Assembly (NCBI GenBank): GCA_902570675.1
Contig: CACFYZ010000003.1
Location: 10,066 to 74,065 of the forward strand
Reading direction: 5' to 3'
Length of the DNA: 64,000 nucleotides
Source of the DNA: an uncultured Pelagibacteraceae bacterium
GTDB taxonomy: Bacteria; Pseudomonadota; Alphaproteobacteria; Pelagibacterales; AG-422-B15
Shown here: piece by piece, positions 40,771 through 54,433 of the stretch
Layout: the number at the start of each line of letters is the position of its first letter
How positions within the stretch are numbered: position 1 is the stretch's first letter
Program-made: the position numbers and the translations under genes
The notes under the pieces: generated by a model
Seen by the model: the letters and a program-made list of their open reading frames with translations, nothing else
Database searches by the model: none
Told to the model about the DNA's origin: nothing

Positions 40771-42145
40771 AAGTACTAGGGGAAGTAAAAAATTTAATTT
40801 TAAAGATATATTATTTTCTGGTCTTGCTGAAGATGGAGGGTTATTTGTGCCAATTGAATGGCCTCAAGTAAATCTTAGAGAAATTGAACGGAACATAACT
40901 TATCCTAAATTAGCAACAAATATAATCAAACCTTTCGTTCATGATGAAATAAGCACTAAAGACCTCGATAACTTAGTTGAAAACGCATATTCAAATCAAT
41001 TTTCCAAAGGTGAAATTATATCATTTAAAAATTTAGATACTAATGAGGTTATTGTTGAATTATTTAATGGCCCCACTTTGGCATTTAAAGATTTTGCAAT
41101 GCAATTATTAGTTCCTATATTTGACTATTTTCTAGATATAGAGAAAAAAAAACTTAATCTTATTGTAGCAACTTCTGGCGACACAGGTTCGGCCGCAATT
41201 GATGCAGTAAGAAAAAGTAAAAATATAAACATATTTTGTCTTTTTCCAAAAGGGAGAATTTCTGAATTTCAAAGAAGACAAATGTCAACAGTTACAGAAA
41301 AGAATATATTTCTATGCGAGATAGATGGAACATTTGATGATTGTCAAAAAATTGTAAAGGAAATATTGAAAGATTATAAATTTAGTGTGCAAAATAAAAT
41401 ATCTGCAGTCAATTCAATTAATTGGGCTAGAATTATTATTCAATCAGTTTATTATTTTTATACTTATATAAAATTCAATAACAATAATGAAAACAAAGTA
41501 AATTTTTCTGTACCCACAGGAAATTTTGGTGATATCTATGCAGGATATGTTGCCTATAAGATGGGTTTGCCTGTAAATAGATTAATAATTGCAACAAATG
41601 AAAATGATATCCTGGATCGTTTTATGAAATCAGGTATATATAAAACAGATTCAGTTGTAAAAACTACAAGTCCCAGCATGGATATTCAAATTGCAAGTAA
41701 TTTTGAAAGATTACTTTACGAAGTATTTGATAAATCTGAGAAATTAACTGCGTCTGAGATGTTAAAATTTGAAGTGAATAAAACTCTTAAAATTAACATA
41801 GATAACTCTAATGATACTCTTAGTGCCTTCTCTTCCTGTAAAACTACAATGGATGAAATTGAGGAAATTATAAAAAATATTTATCATAATTTTGGATATG
41901 TTTTGGATCCACACACAGCGACTGGACTAAATGCTTCAAGAAATCATAACGACACCCAGCATTTAAACTTTGTTTTATCAACTGCTAATCCAATAAAGTT
42001 TTCAGATACTGTTGAAAAATGCTTAGGAAACAAATTAGATTTATTAAGTAATTTCAGTAATTTATTTACTTTAGATGAGAGAATTTATAAAGTAGATAAC
42101 AATATTCAAAGTATTAAAAATTTCATAAAAATTAATAAATTATAA
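40760..42145 (+). CDS. thrC: Threonine synthase
   Basis: YKSTRG, GPTLAFKDFA, ATSGDTG, NSINWAR, VPTGNFG. Confidence 0.94.
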   Translation: MNYKSTRGSKKFNFKDILFSGLAEDGGLFVPIEWPQVNLREIERNITYPKLATNIIKPFVHDEISTKDLDNLVENAYSNQFSKGEIISFKNLDTNEVIVELFNGPTLAFKDFAMQLLVPIFDYFLDIEKKKLNLIVATSGDTGSAAIDAVRKSKNINIFCLFPKGRISEFQRRQMSTVTEKNIFLCEIDGTFDDCQKIVKEILKDYKFSVQNKISAVNSINWARIIIQSVYYFYTYIKFNNNNENKVNFSVPTGNFGDIYAGYVAYKMGLPVNRLIIATNENDILDRFMKSGIYKTDSVVKTTSPSMDIQIASNFERLLYEVFDKSEKLTASEMLKFEVNKTLKINIDNSNDTLSAFSSCKTTMDEIEEIIKNIYHNFGYVLDPHTATGLNASRNHNDTQHLNFVLSTANPIKFSDTVEKCLGNKLDLLSNFSNLFTLDERIYKVDNNIQSIKNFIKINKL

Positions 42146-42147
42146 TA

Positions 42148-42732
42148 ATGTCTTTTTTAACAACTTATTACCCAAAAAAATTAAATTTTGAAATTAATGG
42201 TTCTAAGATTTTTTTAAGGCCACCAGACTATAAAGACTGGAATGAATGGTCTGATTTAAGAGAAAAAAACGAGAAGTATTTGAGGCCATGGGAACCTAGT
42301 TGGTCTCCAAATGAATTAGCACGAAGTTCTTTTGTAAAAAGAGTAAGGTATTTTGAAAAACTAGCAATTGAAGAAAGAGCATATTCTTTCCTAATTTTTA
42401 AAAGCGACGATAAGAATTTAATCGGTGAGATAAATATAAATAACGTACAACGTGGAGTTGTACAGTCATGCTCAATAGGTTATTGGATAGCTGAGCCAAG
42501 AGTGGGCCAAGGTTTTATGACTGAAGCAATTTCTTTGGTAAAGAACTTCATTTTTAATGAGTTAGAACTTCACCGTATTGAAGCTGCATGCTTACCAAGA
42601 AATTTACGCTCACTTAGGACACTTAAGAATAATGAATTTATGAAAGAGGGTTTGGTAAGGAAATATTTAAAAATAAATGGAAAATGGGAGGATCATATTC
42701 TTTTGTCTTGTATTAAAGACTCGAATAAATAG
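42148..42732 (+). CDS. rimJ: RimJ-like N-acetyltransferase
   Basis: LRPWEPSW, IGYWI, GQGFMTEA, LHRIEAAC, INGKWEDH. Confidence 0.85.
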   Translation: MSFLTTYYPKKLNFEINGSKIFLRPPDYKDWNEWSDLREKNEKYLRPWEPSWSPNELARSSFVKRVRYFEKLAIEERAYSFLIFKSDDKNLIGEININNVQRGVVQSCSIGYWIAEPRVGQGFMTEAISLVKNFIFNELELHRIEAACLPRNLRSLRTLKNNEFMKEGLVRKYLKINGKWEDHILLSCIKDSNK

Positions 42733-42741
42733 TATCTTATT

Positions 42742-43227
42742 ATGTCATTAAAACCAGGTGATAATATTCCAAATCAAAAACTTGTAATCATGGATAAAGA
42801 GAAAGGTCCCCAACCTTTTTCTTTAGATGAATTTTGTAAAGGAAAGAAAATAGTATTATTTGGCGTTCCAGGTGCTTTTACACCAACATGTGCAAGAAAT
42901 CATTTACCAGGATATATTGAAAAAGCTCAAGCTATAAAAGGTAAGGGCGTCGCTGAAATACTTTGCTTCGCGACAAATGACATATTTACTATGACTGCTT
43001 GGGAAGAAATGTCAGGGGCTATTGGTGAAATAGTTTTTTTATCTGATAGTAAAGCTAAATTTTCAAAGTTATTAGGAACAGATTTTCCAGACAGTTTTGG
43101 AACATCGATTAAAACAAAAAGATGCTCAATGCTTATAACAAATGGTGTCATCGAACAATTCTTTGTAGAAAGTGAAGATGGCGTTGTTGATGTTAGCAGT
43201 GCAGATCACATGCTTACTAGTCTCTAG
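42742..43227 (+). CDS. Peroxiredoxin (Prx5 type)
   Basis: GVPGAFTPTC..NHLPG. Confidence 0.9.
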   Translation: MSLKPGDNIPNQKLVIMDKEKGPQPFSLDEFCKGKKIVLFGVPGAFTPTCARNHLPGYIEKAQAIKGKGVAEILCFATNDIFTMTAWEEMSGAIGEIVFLSDSKAKFSKLLGTDFPDSFGTSIKTKRCSMLITNGVIEQFFVESEDGVVDVSSADHMLTSL

Positions 43228-43658
43228 ATCATTATCGCTGAAGTTGCTAACTTATCAGCTATTTCGTTACCGAAATTTCCAGAATGTCCTTTGACCCACT
43301 GCCATTCTATGTTTCTATTTGATACAAGTTCATCAAGTTCTTGCCACAATTCCTTGTTTTTTACTGGTTTCTTTTGCGATGTTCTCCAATTATTTATCTT
43401 CCAATTCTTTATCCATTCCTGAATGCCCTGCATAACATATTTTGAGTCTGTAAAAATGACTAACTTAGTTTCGTTACTTACATATTTCAAAGCTTCAATT
43501 ACCGCTCTTAACTCCATTCTATTATTAGTCGTACCTTCCTCTGAACCACTTAATTTTACACTTTCATCGTTCAGTTCAATGTAAACACCCCATCCACCGC
43601 TACCGGGATTGCCAGCGCATGCTCCATCGGTATATACATGTATCTTATCAGAGGCCAT
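43224..43658 (-). CDS. rnhA: Ribonuclease HI
   Basis: YTDGAC.GNPG.GGWG, TTNNRMEL, TDSKY, WVKGHSG..GNE.AD. Confidence 0.96.
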   Translation of the reverse strand: MASDKIHVYTDGACAGNPGSGGWGVYIELNDESVKLSGSEEGTTNNRMELRAVIEALKYVSNETKLVIFTDSKYVMQGIQEWIKNWKINNWRTSQKKPVKNKELWQELDELVSNRNIEWQWVKGHSGNFGNEIADKLATSAIMI

Positions 43659-44607
43659 ATTCGTTTGCTTTTTTTACAGTCTGGTGAAATTTGAGTTTCA
43701 ATAAATATTCATTTGGATTTTTTTTTAAAATTAATTCACTATCAGCGTGAGTATGGAAATCAATTAATCTTGTTAGTAGATATCTTAAAGCTGATGCCCT
43801 AGTGAGAAGTGGAAGAGCGTCAACCTCTTCTATTGAAAATTTTCTGTATTCATTATAACTCTTTAATAGATATTTAGCTTTTGTCGGATTAAACTCATTA
43901 TTATTCAATTCAAAACACCAAGCATTTAAGCATATAGCTATTTCATAAGCATAAAAATCATTGCAAGAAAAGTAAAAATCAATAATACCAGAAAGTTCAT
44001 TTCCATCAAAAAAAATATTATCTGGAAAAAGGTCAGCATGGATAATGCCTGATGGTAAATCTTTATTAAGTTCTCTATACAGAAAATAATATTCCTTATT
44101 TAAAAATTTAATTATCTCAGTATCTAAACCATTCAAAGTCTCTAGCTTTTCTAATAATTTTTGCAACTTGAAGAAGCCTAATTCATTTTCTCTGATTATA
44201 TTGATTCTAGCTGATGCATTATGCATTTTTGCCACTGTCGCTCCTAATGATGAGCAGTGTGATGGCTGTATCTTATCAATTGATTTTCCAGACATAAATG
44301 AAGTAATTACTGCGTGTTTGCCATTTAATTTATTTGAAAAATTATTATCTTGATCTTTTATAACCTCTGGACATTTAATGTTAGCGCTATTTAAATGATT
44401 CATCAGGTTAAAGAAAAAAGGGAGATTTTCTTGGTTTGTTCGTTCTTCAAATAATGTAAGAATTAACTTTCTTTTCTCTGTCTCTAACAAGTAATTTGAG
44501 TTCGAAGTCCCGCTTTTAATTCCATTAAATCTAATAATTTCTTCAATGTTATACTTGCTTAAGAAATCACTTAATTCTTCATTGGTTACTTTAGTGTATA
44601 CAGCCAT
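43648..44607 (-). CDS. thrB: Homoserine kinase (type II)
   Basis: MAVYT start (ATG 44607), NSNY, LTLFE, IHADLFPDNIFF, IDFYFSC. Confidence 0.92.
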   Translation of the reverse strand: MAVYTKVTNEELSDFLSKYNIEEIIRFNGIKSGTSNSNYLLETEKRKLILTLFEERTNQENLPFFFNLMNHLNSANIKCPEVIKDQDNNFSNKLNGKHAVITSFMSGKSIDKIQPSHCSSLGATVAKMHNASARINIIRENELGFFKLQKLLEKLETLNGLDTEIIKFLNKEYYFLYRELNKDLPSGIIHADLFPDNIFFDGNELSGIIDFYFSCNDFYAYEIAICLNAWCFELNNNEFNPTKAKYLLKSYNEYRKFSIEEVDALPLLTRASALRYLLTRLIDFHTHADSELILKKNPNEYLLKLKFHQTVKKANEYGL

Positions 44608-44647
44608 GAGATATTTATATCTCAATAAAAGATAATTAAATAATAAA

Positions 44648-45142
44648 TTATGATTTGAGTTTATATATTTGATTTATTGACCGACTTATAAGCTTACTTG
44701 AGCCTTGCTCAGTTAAGTTTTCATCAATAAGTTTTTCAGCAATATTAATTGAATTAAGTACTATTTCTTCATTAACTTTAGAAATAGCAATTTTTTCTGC
44801 CCGTGAAATTTTCTCTATTGCTTGCTGCTCTGCTCTTTTAATAAATTCTTGAGCCTTCTCCTTGGAAGTAGTTTCATGGTTTTTTGCAATCTCCTTTGCT
44901 TGATCAATTATTTTTTTTGCTTCTTCGTCTGCTGATTGAACTTTTCTTTCGTACTCGGCTAAATGTGAATTTGCCTCTTCCTTTAATTTTCTTGCTTCAT
45001 CCAACTCGTTTTTAATTTTATTAATCTCTCCATCTAATAAATTAGCTATCATTGAAGGAGCTTTGATTACTAAGCCAATCACAATAAATATTATAAAAGC
45101 AACTAAAACCCACGAAGATGGATCAGAAAAAAAAGAAGACAT
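44648..45142 (-). CDS. atpF: ATP synthase F0 subunit b
   Basis: N-terminal TM (WVLVAFIIF) plus charged coiled coil; operon position. Confidence 0.88.
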   Translation of the reverse strand: MSSFFSDPSSWVLVAFIIFIVIGLVIKAPSMIANLLDGEINKIKNELDEARKLKEEANSHLAEYERKVQSADEEAKKIIDQAKEIAKNHETTSKEKAQEFIKRAEQQAIEKISRAEKIAISKVNEEIVLNSINIAEKLIDENLTEQGSSKLISRSINQIYKLKS

Positions 45143-45160
45143 TATATTTTATATTTCATT

Positions 45161-45712
45161 TTAATTTAATTTTTTTAGGATTTCATCGTCATTTGGAGTT
45201 TTATCAAGATATTTGACTATAATTTCTTTTACAGTTTCTAAAGTCGCATTTCGCACTTCATTGATGGACTCTTTCTCCCTTGACTTAATCATTTCTTGAG
45301 ACTTTTTGATCATTTCTTCAATTTTCTTCTCATTTTCTAATTTTAAATTTTCAAAATACTCATTCATTTGGCTCTTAGACTCGGAAATTATAGTACTTGC
45401 ATTTTGTGATGCTGAACTCATTTGTTCTTCATATTTCTCATGTATACCTGTGGCTTCAGAATTAAATTTTTCAGCTTCATTAATATCGTTGGATATTTTG
45501 TCTTTACGCTCTTCTATTGTGGTACTTAATTTAGGTATAACTACTCTCCACATAAAAATATAAAGTATTGTGAATGTTATTACTAACCAAAATAACTGAG
45601 ACGGAAATGTTGTAATATCCATTTGCGGAAGGCCAGTAGAACCCTGACCTTCAGCTGCAAATATGGTATGACTCGATAGCAATAAAATAAAAATTTGAAC
45701 CAAAATTTTCAT
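45161..45712 (-). CDS. atpF2: ATP synthase F0 subunit b'
   Basis: GLPQMD..TFPSQLFWL motif typical of alphaproteobacterial b'. Confidence 0.88.
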   Translation of the reverse strand: MKILVQIFILLLSSHTIFAAEGQGSTGLPQMDITTFPSQLFWLVITFTILYIFMWRVVIPKLSTTIEERKDKISNDINEAEKFNSEATGIHEKYEEQMSSASQNASTIISESKSQMNEYFENLKLENEKKIEEMIKKSQEMIKSREKESINEVRNATLETVKEIIVKYLDKTPNDDEILKKLN

Positions 45713-45716
45713 TTAT

Positions 45717-46708
<992 letters not shown>

Positions 46709-46719
46709 GATATTATTTT

Positions 46720-47004
46720 TTAGTGATTTTGGAGACTTTTTGCAACCCTAAAAACGTTCATAATACCTGCTGCACTTCCCAATAAGAAAAATACAATTAT
46801 GAAAAATGGTCTGGTATCAAAATAATTATCAATCAAGATACCAATCCCCAAGCCAACAGCCATGGCTGCGACAATTTCAACCACAACTTTCATAATCTTC
46901 CCAAGAGGTTTAGGGGCTTCTACCACAGGCTCTTCTATTTTTTCTTTTGCTTCCTGAATTTTCTTCTTTAGTGATTTTAAATTCTCATCTGGGGCTTTTA
47001 TCAT
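46720..47004 (-). CDS. atpI: ATP synthase protein I (AtpZ/AtpI)
   Basis: G.GIG..ID.YFDT.P..I.F.LLG..AG..NV.R; first gene of the F0 operon. Confidence 0.85.
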   Translation of the reverse strand: MIKAPDENLKSLKKKIQEAKEKIEEPVVEAPKPLGKIMKVVVEIVAAMAVGLGIGILIDNYFDTRPFFIIVFFLLGSAAGIMNVFRVAKSLQNH

Positions 47005-49592
47005 GCAACAGCCCCAATTTCCTCAGCTTTCTTCAGGTCAACAGAGACAATTTGACTAACACCTCTTTCTGCCATTGTCACTCCAAACAAACGATCCATT
47101 CGTGACATAGTAAGAGCATGGTGAGTAATTATTAGAAATTTAGTGTTTGTTTTTTCAGTTATGCTGTCAAGAAGTCCACAAAATCTATCAACGTTTGCAT
47201 CGTCTAGCGGCGCATCAACCTCATCTAAAACACATATTGGTGATGGATTTGTTAAAAATACTGCAAAGATTAATGAGAGTGCCGTAAGAGCCTGTTCACC
47301 TCCTGACAGCAGGGACATCGATTGTAATTTTTTACCTGGAGGACTGACCATCATTTCTAATCCAGCTTCAAGAGGGTCATCAGCGTCAACCAGTTCCAAA
47401 TGAGCTTTGCCTCCATTGAAAAGTTTTACAAATACATCTTTAAAGTGTGAATTAACTAAATCAAACGCTTTTAGCAGTCGCGTACGTCCTTCCTTATTTA
47501 AATCCTCAATTGATACTCTCATTTTTTTTATGGCATTTTCTAAATCATCTTTTTCAGTAGTCATTTTTTCTAGTTCATCGTCAATTTCTTTTGTTTCAAG
47601 ATCTGCCCTTAGATTGACAGCACCCATAGTTTCTCTTTGTTGTTTTAGTCGATCTAATCTTATTTCAGTTCGCTCTTGATTTTTTCTCATAGTATCAAGA
47701 TCCTCGTTGATTGAGAGTGTATTGATAAGGTTACTAGGCAGTGAATTAAATTTATCTTGGGATTCAATTTCTAATTCTTTTAATCTTGACTCTGCAAGTT
47801 CTTTTGTTGCCTCAGTTCTCCCTTTTGACTCTCTTATATTTGCCAAATCATTTTGAGCTTTTCTCAAGTTTTCTTCAATTTTTTTTAGTTCATTGTCTGC
47901 TTCAGCCAGTCTATCAGAAGCAAATTGCCTTTCAGTTTCTGCAAAACCTTTTGTTTCAATAAGTTGTCCTCTTCTTTGAGCAATTTCTTCCGGTCGGCTA
48001 GAAATTTTCTCAAGTTCAGCTTCAGATTTTATTTTTCTTTCCGATAGTTTATTTATTTGATCCTGACTTGAATTAATTGTCTTGTTTAATCTTTGAAATT
48101 CATACATCCAATCACTTTGTTTTTGTTCCACATCTTTTTGTCTTAACTCCTCTCTAAGTTGCAATGAGAGCGTAGCAGCATTCTTGGCATCATTATTGGC
48201 CTTATCATAATTAATTTTAGCATTCTCTGATGTCTTGTTGGCTTCAATCACTTTTTGATTAATTTCATTATAATCTTCGTAAAATCTTTTGCTAAAAATC
48301 TCTGTCCAGTTAGCAGGGTTATCATAACCCTCCACATCTTTTAGAGTTGATGATCTTGATTTAAGATTTTCTGAATTAATTAGCGTATTTTGCCATTCGT
48401 CTCTTCTAGAATTTTTTATTTGATTATATTGTTCTATTTCCTGATCTAGATTAGAAATTTTACCTTCTAGATTATCTTTCTCTGATTTTAATTGGTCAAT
48501 TATTTCATTACTGATTTCAGTGGTTTTATCTTCGTTGTCTAAATCTCTTCGAGAATTTAAAGTAGCCAGGTCTTTGGTTGCATCCTCTAATTGAAACTGC
48601 TCTCTTTCACTATCGCTAATAATTTGTTGAATTGAATTTTCTAAATTTCTTTTTTCATCCTTTATTCTTTCCTCTTCCTGATCTAAGGTATCTCTTTCAA
48701 GGTTGATGCGATTTAGTTTTGCCGCTGCTTCAATTTCTTTTTCACGAAGAGGCTTTATTTTTTCATTTGCTCTAAGTTGCTCGCTAGTTGCTTGAGTTAC
48801 TTGTAACGTGTATTTTTGTATTTGCGTCTCACTATCTTTAAGGTTCTCATCGGATTTCTCGAAAGAATCTTTTAATGATGACCATTTCAAAAATAAAACA
48901 ATTCCTTCTAATTTATTTATTTCTGAAGAGATTGAACGATATGTTTCAGCTTGTTCAGCCTGTTTTTTTAAGCTGTTGATTTGATTAGTCAGCTGCTTCA
49001 TCAGATCTTTTACTCTTTGAAGATTTGTTTCTGCACCTTTTAACTTCAGCTCAGCTTCGTGTCTCCGGGAGTGGAGACCGGAGATACCTGCAGCTTCCTC
49101 AAGAACAGACCTCCTATCAATTGGCTTTGCATTAATAAGTGCTCCAACACGGCCTTGACTAATGAGAGAAGGTGAGTGAGCACCAGTAGAGAGGTCAGCG
49201 AATAGTCTTTGAACATCTCTAGCACGAACATCCCTTCCGTTAATTTTATAATCTGAGCCTTTTTCAACTTCAATTTTTCTTTTTATTTGTATTTCTGTTT
49301 GGTCGTTAAATTCTGATGGAGCTTTACGTTCTTCATTGTCTAAAAATATTGTCACTTCAGCATTATTCCTCGCCGGTCTATCTGCTGTTCCTGAGAAAAT
49401 AACATCTTCCATTCCGGAACCTCGCATACTTTTCGCAGAAGTCTCACCCATACACCAACGTAGTGATTCAACAACATTTGATTTTCCACACCCATTAGGA
49501 CCTACAATACCGGTTAAGCCGTTTTCGATTATAATCTCTGTTGGATCTACAAAAGATTTAAAGCCTAGAATTTTAATTTTTTTAAATTTCAT
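47001..49592 (-). CDS. smc: Chromosome segregation protein SMC (short, 863 aa)
   Basis: GFKSF, Walker A GPNGCGKSN, signature LLSGGEQ, Walker B LDEVDAPLD, long coiled coils. Confidence 0.92.
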   Translation of the reverse strand: MKFKKIKILGFKSFVDPTEIIIENGLTGIVGPNGCGKSNVVESLRWCMGETSAKSMRGSGMEDVIFSGTADRPARNNAEVTIFLDNEERKAPSEFNDQTEIQIKRKIEVEKGSDYKINGRDVRARDVQRLFADLSTGAHSPSLISQGRVGALINAKPIDRRSVLEEAAGISGLHSRRHEAELKLKGAETNLQRVKDLMKQLTNQINSLKKQAEQAETYRSISSEINKLEGIVLFLKWSSLKDSFEKSDENLKDSETQIQKYTLQVTQATSEQLRANEKIKPLREKEIEAAAKLNRINLERDTLDQEEERIKDEKRNLENSIQQIISDSEREQFQLEDATKDLATLNSRRDLDNEDKTTEISNEIIDQLKSEKDNLEGKISNLDQEIEQYNQIKNSRRDEWQNTLINSENLKSRSSTLKDVEGYDNPANWTEIFSKRFYEDYNEINQKVIEANKTSENAKINYDKANNDAKNAATLSLQLREELRQKDVEQKQSDWMYEFQRLNKTINSSQDQINKLSERKIKSEAELEKISSRPEEIAQRRGQLIETKGFAETERQFASDRLAEADNELKKIEENLRKAQNDLANIRESKGRTEATKELAESRLKELEIESQDKFNSLPSNLINTLSINEDLDTMRKNQERTEIRLDRLKQQRETMGAVNLRADLETKEIDDELEKMTTEKDDLENAIKKMRVSIEDLNKEGRTRLLKAFDLVNSHFKDVFVKLFNGGKAHLELVDADDPLEAGLEMMVSPPGKKLQSMSLLSGGEQALTALSLIFAVFLTNPSPICVLDEVDAPLDDANVDRFCGLLDSITEKTNTKFLIITHHALTMSRMDRLFGVTMAERGVSQIVSVDLKKAEEIGAVA

Positions 49593-50203
49593 TATTTGAT
49601 TAACTTATCGATTATTTTCTCAAATTTTTTAAACGGCATATTACCTTCGTACAACTTACCATTAATCAAAAATGAAGGAGTTGAAGCAATATTAAAATTT
49701 TCTACAGCATCTATTCTCATAGTTAAAATATAATCTGTTATGTTGTCATCATTAATACACGCATCAATTTCATCTTTAGATAATCCAAATAATGATCCAT
49801 ACTGAGATATCGCTTTTGTACTATTCTCCAGTACACGATCACTTTGATTGGTTACAATCCATTTTTTTTGATTTTGAAATAATAATTTATCTAACGCAAA
49901 AAAATCTTTTGCGTCAACACAGTGCAAAAGTTTAAAAGCATTAAGATCAACAGCATTGAGTGCAAAAGGTCGTAATTCAAATCGAACTTGTCCTGAATCT
50001 ATGTATTTTTCTTTTAATGAAGGAAAAACATCGTTAGCAAAGTCTGCACAATGACTGCATGTCAGTGACCTATATTCAACAATTGTAACTGGGGCATTTT
50101 CATCCCCTATGAACATGCTATCCAGATTGTTACTTGCTGAAATAGCCCCACTTGCTAAAAAAACGGCCCAAAATAATATAAAATAAATGAATCTGCCTAT
50201 CAT
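49592..50203 (-). CDS. DsbA family thioredoxin-fold protein
   Basis: Signal peptide, EY.SLTCSHCA, STPSF.ING. Confidence 0.88.
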   Translation of the reverse strand: MIGRFIYFILFWAVFLASGAISASNNLDSMFIGDENAPVTIVEYRSLTCSHCADFANDVFPSLKEKYIDSGQVRFELRPFALNAVDLNAFKLLHCVDAKDFFALDKLLFQNQKKWIVTNQSDRVLENSTKAISQYGSLFGLSKDEIDACINDDNITDYILTMRIDAVENFNIASTPSFLINGKLYEGNMPFKKFEKIIDKLIK

Positions 50204-50318
50204 TAAAAAACTATATTTTGCTGTTTAATAAAATTTAAGTACAACATGTTGATTATAATAATTTTTTTTTAATTTAACAGTGTTAATAGGGGATAAGTAA
50301 TTCTTAATTTTGTTAAAA

Positions 50319-50793
50319 TTAGGACTTTATTATCTTAGAAGCTAATTTCTCGAAGTTTTTTTTCAGTTCTGGATAGTGTTCTAGTTCATCATAAATCTTA
50401 TGATTGTCTTTAACTAATTTATTTAATGTATTGAATTCAATATGTTTTTTTTCTTTATCTTGTAATAATTTTGCCTGTATTAGCTCAATTCTGTTAATTG
50501 CCTCATAGCCAAAAAAAGAATTTATCTCATTAATAATTTTTGCTTTTTCGTGATCGAATGCAAAAGCTATACTTCTATCAACTTTGACGACAAGAGTTCC
50601 AGTCTTGTTTGAAGATGATTTACTTGCTTTTAGTCGAACAGGGACTGTCAAATGGTCAAACTTATTGCCAACAATCCTTTTCCAATTTGAGAGCAGTTCA
50701 ATTTCAAAAAAACCTCTTGTTTCTAAAATTTTCTTTACCTTGTTAGGCAAAAAGTTTGATAAAATCTGAGGACCATTTAGTTTTTTATATGAC

Positions 50794-50795
<2 letters not shown>
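50319..50795 (-). CDS. DUF721/DciA family protein
   Basis: LLSNWKRIVG, GTL.V, IINEINSFFGYEAI.RI...Q; position in mutY-DUF721-dsbA-smc; likely ATG 50795. Confidence 0.75.
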
Positions 50796-53011
<2,216 letters not shown>

Positions 53012-53030
53012 AATAACTTATTAAATATTC

Positions 53031-53636
53031 TTAATTCAATATCTTGTGTATTGGACTGAATGATTTTCGATGTATAGGGGTAATCCCGTACTTTTGAATT
53101 GCTAAAAGGTGCTCTTTTGTTCCATATCCAGAGTTTTTTTCAAATCTATAATCAGGATAAATCTTCGAATAATTTAACATCAATTTATCTCTGTGATCTT
53201 TTGCAATAATAGAGGCAGCTGCAATTGAAATAGATTTACTATCTCCTCCTTTTATGGGCCGTATATCAAGCCCGATTTTTGGAACATAAATACCATCTAC
53301 TAATACTATTCTTGGGATACTACTTAAAGACTCAATTGCGCGTTTCATAGCTAATAATGAGGCCTGTAAGATATTGATTTTGTCTATTTCTTTCACACTA
53401 CTTGTGCCAAAGGCATAAATACTGTTCTTCTTTATTTGGCCAGCAATAAATGACATTTGAGTTTTTGCTATTTTTTTAGAGTCTTTTATTCCATCTGGAA
53501 TATTTTGCTTATCTAATATAACAGCTGCAGCAATCACAGGACCAGCTAGAGGGCCTCTGCCTACCTCGTCAACTCCAGCCAATGGCTCGCAATAGCAAGC
53601 TTCAAACCCTACAAGTCTATTTTCGTTATCTCTCAA
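53031..53636 (-). CDS. rnhB: Ribonuclease HII
   Basis: GVDEVGRGPLAGPV, DSKK, VDG, SIAAASIIAK, GYGT. Confidence 0.95.
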   Translation of the reverse strand: MRDNENRLVGFEACYCEPLAGVDEVGRGPLAGPVIAAAVILDKQNIPDGIKDSKKIAKTQMSFIAGQIKKNSIYAFGTSSVKEIDKINILQASLLAMKRAIESLSSIPRIVLVDGIYVPKIGLDIRPIKGGDSKSISIAAASIIAKDHRDKLMLNYSKIYPDYRFEKNSGYGTKEHLLAIQKYGITPIHRKSFSPIHKILN

Positions 53637-53643
53637 CTTAGTT

Positions 53644-54393
53644 TTAAACTCGACTCTTCAAATTTTTTAAATCTTCCCATGAAAATTTTTTTTGGGCTGG
53701 TTGTCTCAATAAAAATGCAGGATGAAAAGTTGGCAGCATTGGATATTTTTTTCCATTTATTTCTATATCAACCCACTTGCCCCTGATTTTTGTAATACCT
53801 TCTGAATTTTTGATAAGTGCGTAAGTTGCTGTGCTTCCCAATAAAAGGATTGCGCTCGGATTAATTATTTCGATATGCTTCTTTATCATTGGGAGGCACA
53901 TATTAATTTCATTGTCAGTAGGTCGTCTATTATTTGGTGGTCTCCAAGGGATAATATTGGCGATGTAGACTTTGTCCCTACTTAATTCAATAGCATTTAG
54001 CATCTTGTCTAAAAGTTTTCCGCTTCTTCCCACAAAAGGTTTTCCCTGTATATCCTCGTCATGACCAGGAGCTTCCCCAATAAGCATAATTTTTGAATTA
54101 GGATTACCGTCTGAAAATACCATATTATTCGCACTCTTATGAAGTTCGCACTTTTTATATTCGGACATATAAGCGTGAAGTGATTCCAATGTTTTTATTG
54201 AGCTAATAATTTCCTCATCTTCTTTTTGCGAATTAGTATCAACTGAGAGAGAGACATTTTCCTTGACGAATTTTTTTGAAATTTTTCCATACCTATTTTT
54301 TGGCTCAATTCCAACAATTTCGTCAACACCACTATATTTATGGTGTCTTAACTTTTTAACAGTATTTCTTAATTTGTCGTTGTTCATAAACAA
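53644..54393 (-). CDS. Uracil-DNA glycosylase family 4
   Basis: IGEAPG..ED..G.PFVGRSG.LL, RPP.NR.P, TFHPAFLLR. Confidence 0.92.
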   Translation of the reverse strand: MFMNNDKLRNTVKKLRHHKYSGVDEIVGIEPKNRYGKISKKFVKENVSLSVDTNSQKEDEEIISSIKTLESLHAYMSEYKKCELHKSANNMVFSDGNPNSKIMLIGEAPGHDEDIQGKPFVGRSGKLLDKMLNAIELSRDKVYIANIIPWRPPNNRRPTDNEINMCLPMIKKHIEIINPSAILLLGSTATYALIKNSEGITKIRGKWVDIEINGKKYPMLPTFHPAFLLRQPAQKKFSWEDLKNLKSRV

Positions 54394-54433
54394 ATTGAAT
54401 TATAATCCTTATAAACTAAATATATAAGTAATT

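Noticed and set aside
50204-50318. AT-rich spacer as a possible origin, dif site or sRNA
   Set aside because: No DnaA boxes, dif consensus or stable hairpin seen; probably only a promoter region.
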